Source: Octopus sinensis
Lineage: Eukaryota
Direction: 5' to 3'
Assembly: GCF_006345805.1 (NCBI RefSeq)
Contig: NC_043004.1
Location: 42,532,001 to 42,596,000, forward strand
Length of the DNA stretch: 64,000 bases
How positions within the stretch are numbered: position 1 is the first letter of the stretch; each line of letters begins with the position of its first letter. This document shows positions 53,842 through 64,000 of the stretch, one piece after another. The translations under genes were made by a program, and so were the position numbers. Under the pieces are notes generated by a model, which made no database searches, was not told the DNA's origin, and saw only the letters and a list, made by a program, of their open reading frames with translations.

Positions 53842-54583
53842 ATAGCGTTTATAAATAATACCGGCACCCATAGCCCTTGGTAACAAATTCTGAAATAGCC
53901 TTTAAGATATCTACGATTAACCACTGCAAGGGGAATTACTCCTGTTAGACAAACGGGGCTTGTTTTTTTCACAGCGGGGGGTTTCCTTGACAAGGCAGGC
54001 TTAGATGAACACACACACACATAAAACATAATATATATTTTTTTTTTCTGCCACCCAACGGTTCTCGCGGCAGTAGCTACTGACAGCCGAACGATCAAAC
54101 GCACACACGTACACAAAAAATGTTTTCTACCCCTACGCCAACACACACATATATAGAACAGTATACACACACACACGTCTCTAAGTAGATTTTTTCTCGC
54201 CCCTTATAAAACATCCAATATTCCTTAAATAGTCAGAACTTTATTCTCGGTCACAAAGAACACCCACACACCCTCACCCACATGATTGACCGATGCCTGA
54301 CCCGTTAAATTCTTCAGCCACCGGTTCTCAACATACACTGATAAACAGTTTCGCCATGGGCTCTTAGGAGCATAGTTCGATTTGTTTTTGCTCCGCCTCT
54401 GTTCTGTTTTTGTTTTTCCAACGGATTTCCTATTTTCTTCCTGAAGAGAAAGACACAATATGGTCCCATTATTCAATCGGATTTTGGTAATTTGTGCCTT
54501 TCGAAACACGTGTAGAATGAAATAAAACGATTTCTGTTCAATCTGCGTTCAGCTCCATTTCTTCAATTCACCAATAATGTTTT
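52480..54583 (+). mobile_element. Inverted copy of the same PLE lacking the GIY-YIG domain (right palindrome arm)
   Basis: 52480-53824 mirrors 51113-52439 and 53831-54583 mirrors 49928-50677. 435 bp (50678-51112) are absent, replaced by ACTTAT; 18-bp tandem duplication at 53770-53805. Confidence 0.92.
54434..54522 (+). ncRNA. Type I hammerhead ribozyme in PLE 3' tail
   Basis: Stem I TTTCTTC/GAA(T)GAAA, CTGAAGA 54441-54447, long stem II GAAAG-A-CACAA...TTGTG-C-CTTTC, GAAA 54503-54506, minimal stem III C-ACGT-G with palindromic loop, triplet GUA 54512-54514. Confidence 0.72.
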
Positions 54584-54733
54584 AATTTCAATTATCCGCA
54601 CCAACGCACGGTTGCAACACCATATGGTTGTACCTCCAACCGTGCTGTTTACTGCTGTGATTTTTGCTACTAAGGTATCGGTTAAACTTTTGATTAATCT
54701 ACTACAAGATTATTCATCTTTCTATTTCACATA

Positions 54734-54796
<63 letters not shown>

Positions 54797-55149
54797 TTGT
54801 TTTATATATATATAGGTATATGTATATAAATGTATATTCTTATATGGACATATATATATAAACATAAATATATGTGTGTGTGTTTGCATTTATGTACATG
54901 TATATATTTATATATATTTTTATGTATTTATATCTCTCTATTCTCTGTCTAACTATACATACACACACACACGCACACACACAGATATGTACGCATATAT
55001 AGGTATATTTACACGTGTATGTATATATGTTTATGCATATATATATATGTATGTATATGCTTATATATATATATATAGATATACGTATTATATATATGTC
55101 TTATATATATATATGTAAGTATAAATGCTTACATATGTATATATATACA

Positions 55150-55208
<59 letters not shown>

Positions 55209-55327
55209 CATTTATGTGTTTATCTTCACGTGTTGATGAGCTCGATTGCACACACACATAGACACACGCACATATATCTACGTGTGTATGCGTTTTGTGA
55301 TCTATAAATTTGCTCTAGTATACTTAC

Positions 55328-55403
55328 AACTTGTGAATTCATCTAGTTCCCCGTATATGTCAGTCTTTCTCTTGAAAATTCCCGTTTCTGTTATTTTCTC
55401 CAT
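55328..55403 (-). CDS. Candidate first coding exon of an unknown host gene
   Basis: ATG GAG AAA...ACA AGT T|GTAAGT gives MEKITETGIFKRKTDIYGELDEFTS. The phase 1 end is compatible with the exon at 48195-48259. Confidence 0.25.
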
Positions 55404-56269
55404 CTCTCACACTACTTGTACACATACTTTTAGAAACACCTTTCCATAGCAGTTGATTCTGAATGAATACTGACAACGCTTTCTGTTCACACCCGCACAC
55501 AATATATATATACATATGTAATGGAATTATGTTTGTGTATATATATATTTAAATATATATGAATAAATGCATAAGAATATGCATATATATATATATATAT
55601 ATATATTTAAATATATAGGAATAAATGCATAAGAATATGCATATATATATATATATGCGCGCGTGTGTGTGTAGTGCATAAATATATATATATATATATA
55701 TATGTGTATGCATATATGTGTATATATATATAGAGAGAGAGAGATAAATATATATATAGATATATACATATATATATATAAACAATTATTAGAAAGTGCG
55801 TGTGGCTGTGTGCGAGTGGGTGTCTGCTTGCGCGTACCTGTGTTTTTGTAGTAATGCTGTACACGCAAAACCAACATATTCTGCATATATCTTTATTGCT
55901 TCACACATAAACTCGCACTCGCGTAATGATAACGCATGCATACCAGTAACACATTCCTATGCTTACTGATAGCAATGGAATTCAATACTTTCACATATAG
56001 GCCCGGGCATAGCTGCGTGATAGGTAACTTGTACGCCAACCACGTTTTTCCAGATTTAATACCGCTGTGCGCCTCCTGGGCACGTGGTCCTCATATTGCT
56101 CCCGGATAACCAAAGCTTTGAGAGCGTATGTCTTAGAAGGAAATTCCTACCTACCTATCTAATATTCATACATGCAAACAGGCATACACAAATTTACACA
56201 CATATACATTCATGCATACATACATTCATGCACAGACACACACATATGTTAGGCTGTTTCACATGAAAT

Positions 56270-57415
56270 GTCGTATTTGAAAATTAACAACAAAACGTTT
56301 CAGAAATGTTATTGAACTGATTTATTTAATCAAAGTATGATCCGTGTTCATTTATGATATTTACCCAACGTTTCTCATTGTCATATTTTCCATTTAAAAA
56401 CAAATTCATCTTCTGTTGTGATAAAGTGTCCGAACGCTTCAATTAACTTTTCCATATTCATAAATGTTTTATCGCTTACGAAGAGCTCAAAATGCTAAAG
56501 TAAGTGATTATGAGTATGAGAGATATCAGCGGAACAGAGAGGATGTTGCAAAATCTTATAATTCAGGATTTGCAACTTTTGGACCATAGCTTGAGGAGTG
56601 TGATGACGTGCATTGTCATGGAGCAAAACTGGGCCATCTCTAATCACTAGTCCAGGTTGCTTCTTTTTCAAATTCTCAGGTATACAATCAATTTCCTTGC
56701 AACATGAGGTAGCTGTTACCGTTTTTCCTTGTTGTAAAAATGAATAATAACTAACTCCCTTCGTATATCACCATAGAGTGACCACTAACTTTTTAGGGTG
56801 CAATGGTGAGTTTAGGCGGTGTTTAAAACAGGCATTCACAAATTTACACACACATTAGGTGTTGTTCCCGCATTTAATCCCTAACCTGTTCTCCTGACGT
56901 TGTCAAACAGTATCCATTTCGCATCACAATGATTCGATGCAAAAATGGTCTTTTTCCATTCGAGAAAGCAATAAAGAGTACACTTCGAGGCGTCCGTTTT
57001 TGTTTTTTAAATGTCGTTCAGTTGAGGTGGAATAAGCCTATCTGTTTTCTTGACTTTTTCAAGTTTTTACAGTTGTCCAAAATCATTTGCGCGAGATGTT
57101 TGGAGCTTTGATAAAAGTTTTCGAACGTTTGTTCTTGAATTTTGTTCAACCAAAGCACTTTATCTATCATGCCGAATAACTGATTTTGGCCTACCCCTTG
57201 TTTATTTTCAAGTAAATCATCTCTTGAATGAGAACTTTGGAACCATCTCTGAAGAGTTCTGATGGCAACGAAACTATTACCAAGTGCACGCTGGATTTTC
57301 CTTAGATCTTCCCCCTCAGAGTGACCCAATTTTTACTCATACGAGAAAATCACTCAACATAGTTTGTTTGTTATCATTTTTAATAAGGTCTGTGGGTATG
57401 AAATTTGTACACCAG
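56270..57415 (-). mobile_element. Degenerate mariner element
   Basis: HTH IQRALGNSFVAIRTLQRWF; LHDNARHHT..QKLQILNYKILQHP near 56540-56622. Confidence 0.8.
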
Positions 57416-58197
57416 TATTACTGGGAAAGAATATTATGTATTATATTATAGCAGCGACTCCATATAAGAATAGATGGAGAATAGTATGTGTGGATAAGGA
57501 GTGGATTTCGTATTAAATTATTCGTACCACACGTTGTAGTATGAAAGGAAATAACAAAGTAGTGTACCAAACCAGTATATAACGGCACGTGCTGCTGTTT
57601 GATAAACATAATTTATAGATCTCTACATAATTAATATAGAAAACGTGTGAATGCCTCCAAAACGGTCCCGATTTTACCCATATTTTGTAGGTAGTGATTT
57701 GTTGAAATACATATCAAAGAGAGAATATTTTCAGGAGTTAAAGTTACAACTACATAGTTGAATTATTATAAGTACTAAGTAGTAAATTTCCCTGATTCTT
57801 TGGTTATTCCTGAAAGCATTGTGGATATTTAGCGTCCGGTTAATCCGATTTGACGAAAAGCACTTCAGCCATCTTGGTCACAAGAGATGTAGGCACGAGT
57901 CCCGCGAGCAGCCTCCACCTCTTTCTATGTAAAACTTAATTTTCATATATTATTATATATAGCTTTATATGCTTCAAAAGTCATCCCCACCCATAAAATA
58001 ATTATTTTAAGTTCTCTTGAAAATTAATTTGTATGACGAAGGATTTCTTTGGCCTAGTGATAGAATATCTGCAATAGCTACAGGAAATGTGGGTCCGAGT
58101 CCCATGCATAGCCTTCGATTTTTTATCCACATGTCTTTTAAAACCTGATACATGCTATTATTAAAGAGTTTGTGTGATTTGAGATCCACTGTTCCAT

Positions 58198-58390
58198 ACT
58201 CTTTTACTCTTTTACTTGTTTCAGTCATTTGACTGCGGCCATGCTGGAGCACCGCCTTTAGTCGACCCCATGACTTATTCTTTGTAAGCCCAGTACTTAT
58301 TCTATCGGTCTCTTTTGCCGAACCGCTAAGTGACAAGGACGTAAACACACCAGCATCGGTTGTCAAGCAATGCTAGGGAGACAAACACAG

Positions 58391-58445
<55 letters not shown>

Positions 58446-58608
58446 TACGACAGGCTTCTTTCAGTTTCCGTCTACCAAATCCACTCATAAGGCATTGGTC
58501 GGCCCGGGGCTATAGCAGAAGACAGTTGCCCAAGATGCCACGCAGTGGGACTGAACCCGGAACCATGTGGTTGGTTAGCAAGCTACTTACCACACAGCCA
58601 CTCCTGCG
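58198..58608 (-). mobile_element. tRNA-derived SINE, family A (full length)
   Basis: Near-identical reverse complement of 401-752, including head and tail. Confidence 0.88.
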
Positions 58609-58687
58609 CCACTCCTGATATATATATATATATCACCACTACCACCGTCACCATGACCGACCAGGCGATCCTACGACTGCGAGTCCG

Positions 58688-58769
<82 letters not shown>

Positions 58770-60209
58770 GTGTGTGTGTGAATATATTACTTAATGTTAT
58801 ATATCGTGTTTACGATGTGTGTGACTTGTGATATATGTCGGTCTCTGTATTTAAAAAGCAGGACGACCCTGTTGGCACATTTAGATAAGAAGTAATATGA
58901 AAATCACTACTTTGTGCCAACCTGTAACATGATGAAACTACCGTATTTCTTCCAAATCACTTCCATCTACACATTTATAGTCATATTTGAAACTTGTTTC
59001 CTTTTGTTTTCTTATAAAATCTGTTTTGTTAACATTCGCTTGAGATATACTTTTGACATTTCCCTCTCACCAAAATTATTTTGGTGCTTCAACGATGGTT
59101 GAATATCATGTGGCATGAATTTTATTGTCATTCATACATTTACTGTTTAATCTGGGAAGACATTTATAGTTGAACTACTTTCTGCTGGCACGGCTGTTGC
59201 ATTTCTTAGCGTTTTTACTATTGATGCAGTAACCTTAATTTATATATGTAGTGCCTTGGGCCTTCAGTTACATTTGTCTTGATTCTGGCAGATAAATCAC
59301 CTATTTCCGCTGTCAAAGCTGATTCGGTAAATATATAAAATAGTATGAACTACTGTCTGTAGACAAAATACATCATTCTATGACTAAATAGGTATATGTT
59401 GCTTGGTAACTTACAAATAACTGAAAACTCCGATATGTATTAATGTTATAATAAATAGTCAAAACACTGCAGTTTTTTCAAATATACATCAGATACAAGT
59501 TAAACGCTAAATCAGAGACGGTATAAATCCATATTGAAGAAACAATAACGATTACTTTACTTTGGTACAACACCATGCATATAGTGGTTGATTTTATATT
59601 AAATGAACGGAAATATCAGACTATTACTAGTTTTTCAGCAGTTTCTAAAGGCTTCTACAGAATTCTGTAAACTAAATTTTATTCACAAGTCAGAGGTCAC
59701 GCTACAATATACGTTACACCGTGTAAAGGTATTTAGCAAGAAATGTTATCCAGTTCTTGATATCTCTTGAAAAATGAATATCGTAATCCATCTGATAATT
59801 TTACTGGCTTCTAAATTTGGAAAGGAAATAGATAGTTCATTTGAGCACAATATTTGATTGATGTACATTTTAACAGCGGATGAAATGCAGAAACTTCTGG
59901 ATTTGTGATTAGGACGTAGGTAGACGCAAGTGAATATCGCATATTTCCTTGTTTAAATTCACTGAAAACAATGCAGCAGTTTGAACGCTTCACAACAGAT
60001 TCTTGCATGAGCAGCCATGAACTATAACGATTTTCCATTTGTTTACAATTCCAACGCATTTGCAGCGGTGCGTATTTGATTAGTTGAAACTCAGAATTTG
60101 AGTGATACTCCAATTAAACGAAGAAATATGAAGAGTGATAAATAAATTCCCAAGAGATTTGAACGGATATCTTAGACAGTAATGAATAAATTCTATAAAT
60201 CGTATATAC

Positions 60210-60261
<52 letters not shown>

Positions 60262-61145
60262 TTATATATATATATATAATATATATATATATATAAATGC
60301 ACACACGCATACATATTTATCTTTAATAATATACAAATGCAGCGTAGTTATATGAGTGAAATAACAAAAAAACTTAGCTTCTCTGAATTACCAAAACGAA
60401 AATATATGCTTCTAAATAGATAAGTTATGATCGACATTTAATTTTTGTTCGATAAATACATCACGTAAGAAGCTCTGTCGAATCTTATTTAATAATGATA
60501 CAAATTTATGAATATCTCTCCACAGAACCGATTTCTGATATCTTAGTTTTATTAGACGCATTACTGAGTTCCCAATAATGGGAATATGGGATGTTGCCTA
60601 AAATCGTTATAATTTTGCAGTGATTTGTATTCATTTGTACATAGTTCATATTTACGGACAACTAATATTCTATTTATGGAAATCCCTTCCATTCAAATAT
60701 GTTGGTCAAGTAGCTTTAATCTCACCAGGATTTTATTGTCTTTCACATGTACTCGGCCGAGGAAACTGTGCAAGACCCGAAGAAAAATGGCGTAGCATAG
60801 GGCTATGTAATATATTCTAAGATTCAAAGGGAGATTAATCTCTGTGATGTTTAGTATTTCATCGTTTTTTCCAGCTAGATGTATTTTTCCTTATCAATGT
60901 AGGAAAAGAATGTCTAGTCTCTTACGTTTCAGATGCTGTTTTGCAAATAGCCATGTTGAAATGTTTAGTAGTGTGTAATTTTCCTTGGTGCATTAGCTTT
61001 TGCATTATATAAAATTTTATTTAAAACTAAATATCTTTACATATGAAAACGCCCACAGATGCATGTCTCCACTCACGCACGGCATATATACACACACACA
61101 CACACACAGATATATATTGAAAATACATTTGTTTGTGTGTGGATT

Positions 61146-61180
<35 letters not shown>

Positions 61181-61238
<58 letters not shown>
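61181..61238. repeat. (TAA)n microsatellite
   Basis: Directly visible. Confidence 0.98.
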
Positions 61239-61239
<1 letters not shown>

Positions 61240-62013
61240 GAGAAGGCGGCTGGACGTGACAGAGGATGGACGTATTTTTACGATGCTCTGAACTGGCAAC
61301 AGCGAACCCAGCAGGTCAACTGTAGAAAACTGGAAGATCTACTGTTTTCTGTAAGTAATTTGAATTACCCTCAAAATAAGTAAAAAAAAAAAAAACAAAA
61401 AAAACTTACATATCTACAGCTCATACAAACGTACACCTAACAAGAAAAATTAGAAACATACATATCTCCAATTCTGTGTGAACATTTACATTTAGTCGTC
61501 TCTCATGACTATAAGAATGTGTAAAATTGCCTTTTAAATTACCTTTTATTGTAACAACACAATTAATGCACGATAAAAAGTTATGGAATTAAGCACCTAC
61601 TACTATATACATACAACTGAATTCAGAAATTTAAAAAATATACATAACATTGAACTCAGAAAGTTATTTAAAAAAAAGAAAAAAAAATCTTCGACGAAAA
61701 CATCAGATAATATGTGTGATTGAATATACATATATACATATACATATGCATGTGGTGAAGAAGAAAAGAGAACGAAAAAAAAAAAATAATAAAAACGTAA
61801 ACAGGTTTGACCTTTTACTGACCATTAACGTCCTTTGTCTCCACCATCTACCGTGGCTATTTATAGACCCAAAGAACATGAATTCTTTAACCACCATTCT
61901 CCAACACAATGGAGTGTTGATGGTGGCTGTGGCTACACATTGAAGATGATGATGGTGATGGTGATGTTGCTGATGATGGTGATGGTGGTGAAGATGATAG
62001 TAATAACAATAAT

Positions 62014-64000
62014 AACTGACAGATCCCGTCTTTTTCCCTTTCTTTTCGTTTCCTTCTCCGTATTTTATTCTCATTATTTCGAACTAATACAGACACAGTA
62101 AGCCTTGAAGAAAGGAAGAGGAGGAAAGAAAAAAAAAATGTCCGGAGATAAAACTATCAACAAAAAAAATACAGACGAATATAGATCTGCTAGTCTTAAG
62201 AAGCGGCGCTATGAGCAATGCTTACATGCTGACAGAACCCTAAACTGACAGATCCATCTCCTAATATAAGAATGGATGCTCGTCATGCTTCAAGGTCAAC
62301 AAATCAAACAATAAACCGCATTGGTCATTGCGCGGATTACAAAAGACCACGTACCCGAAAATTGAACCAAATCCTGATTGAAAAATCAGTTACTGGATCA
62401 AATCTTCCCAACACACAGGAGCTGGACGAACCCACACAACCGGAATATTCCAACAGATGGCCATCCATGCTCATCACCAAATAATCAAAAGAAAAAGAAG
62501 GAAAAATGGTCTAGGGAAGATAATAAAGAAGTTCTTGAGGCCTTCTACCATGCCATATATTTCCCCACAGATAAGTCTAGCACTGTACAAGCATACTTAA
62601 ACTGGAGACAGAAACACCCTGAAGTAAGACCCTACATAGACAGTAACAAGCTTGCCAATGTTAGAAGAAACATTATAAAAAAGAAATTACTGACTGAAGT
62701 AGAGATTGATCAGGTTAGACAAGCAATATCGGATAAAATGAACGAAGCTGCAGCTAGAGAAGATAATACAGAGGAAATGATTATAGACCAGCCCAGGGCG
62801 GATAAAACGAAGAGAGGATTGAAAGAGTTAGTATAAGTGATAGGCAAAGTGAAATACGCCCTGAACCAATCATAAACACTAAGACAGATGAGCATCAAAT
62901 AGATAAAGAAAGTCACACAAATATTGACCCAACAGAACTACATGAGCTAAAAAAAAATCATCATGATTGAATGGCTGAAAATTAAAGAAACCAGCATGGA
63001 TGAGCGTGATACACTTCCTAAAATCCGCAACTCTAACCAAAACATGAAAATAATTGGTAAAATCCGGCTGCACTTAAGGATATAATTTCAGTTAATGATG
63101 TTGATATCACAAACCTCAACCACCTATACTATGCATCCGCGAAAATCTCAACGATCCTATGTGGTGTAAAGATTAGAAAACGGCAACAGTCCCACAAAAG
63201 CCTTCTTGGCAAGAGCGTCTGCAACAACAATTAAAGTATTTAGATCTGACATTGAATATTTGAAAGACCTTAAGGCTCACAAGACTACCAAACCTACAAA
63301 AACCAAAAATTACTGAAAAAATACAATATGAAAACTATACTTGATATTGATGCCACCATAGAAACCATCAAACAAAAGGTATCTGCCAACTGCCCGCATA
63401 GCGAGGTATGAAAAGCGTGTTAGATTTTTCAAGGACAACAACATGTTCAAAAATAACACCAAGAATTTTTACAGGAAGATAGGAAAAACAGCGTTTACTG
63501 CAGGGTCTGTACCATCAAAAGAAGAAGTGCAGAGATTTGGAATAAAATCTGGGCAGAAGAAAAAACACACAACGAAAAAGGCCCCCTGGATTGACAGAAT
63601 ATCTACAGAACTGGACCCCTTAGAAGAGCAAAAGTGGGAGGGTGTCAAGGTAGAAGATATAAGATCTGCTCTCAGGAGGTCAAGCAAATGGAAGTCTCCA
63701 GGAAAGGATAAAATTCCTAACTTCTGGCTGAATGCCTTCCCAGAGAGCCATGAACTGCTAACAGAACTGTACAATGATGTTTTGCAACACCCTAGTAGGA
63801 TGCCTCCTTGGCTAGTTAATGGTTAACATTCCTGCTTCCAAAAAGTGAAGAAACAATGAACCAAAAAACTATAGACCCATAACCTGCTTAACAACTATGT
63901 ACAAAACACTAACATCTGTCCTGACGGAATATACCTATAGTTTTTTAACAGACAGCAGCATATTCCCTAATGAACAGAAAGGATGTAAACGTGGATCCTA
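62014..64000 (+). mobile_element. R4/Dong-type non-LTR retrotransposon, 5' half, frameshifted, running off the window
   Basis: N-terminal KWSREDNKEVLEAFY...KLANVRRNIIKKKLLTEVEI; pre-RT NNMFKNNTKNFY..PSKEEVQRFW; RT WKSPGKDKIPNFW, PKNYRPITCLTTMYKTLT, EQKGCKRGS. The 5' boundary is approximate. Confidence 0.8.

Noticed and set aside
49928-54583. Giant palindrome as a simple fold-back read artefact
   Set aside because: The arms differ by a 435-bp deletion, an 18-bp duplication and many substitutions, and the flanks are not mirrored. Read confirmation is still advisable.
55541-55650. ~65-bp direct duplication around (AT)n (similar small ones at 24285-24360 and 32590-32680)
   Set aside because: Ordinary slippage products in microsatellite context.
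57855-57915. YY1-like CAAGATGGCTG in a small GC-rich islet as a promoter
   Set aside because: A single short motif; the following ATG frame stops after 10 codons and no other promoter evidence is present.
59130-60113. 100-codon minus ORF or possible hAT transposase relic
   Set aside because: Only vague motif echoes; no catalytic or TIR evidence.

Overview
AT-rich, microsatellite-dense eukaryotic DNA. The tRNA-derived SINE families and the (AT)n/(ATAC)n/(ATCT)n load look like an octopus or other coleoid cephalopod genome; this is inferred from recalled repeat families, not from a search. No complete host gene, true tRNA/rRNA gene or CRISPR array is visible, and most ORFs in the supplied track are microsatellite translations. 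The window is a transposon graveyard: four SINE families, two Tc1 and four mariner relics, two Helitron ends, an RTE 3' fragment, the 5' half of an R4/Dong-type LINE, and at least three Penelope-like element (PLE) families. The standout is a fold-back PLE/hammerhead-ribozyme (HHR) theme at several scales. (i) A 4.66 kb palindrome (49928-54583) made of two arms of one Naiad-type PLE around a 40-bp spacer; one arm lacks exactly the GIY-YIG domain and each arm ends in an HHR. (ii) A 274-bp hairpin element of two inverted HHR relics with a 13-bp target-site duplication (31162-31435). (iii) A fully canonical type I HHR inside a 480-bp partial tandem repeat (12637-13301). (iv) An HHR enclosed by 55-bp inverted repeats (28787-29145). 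There are also several palindromes centred on (AT)n tracts, a tandemly duplicated microexon-like cluster (27821-28226) and a few weakly supported host exons. One 100-N assembly gap lies at 40646-40745.
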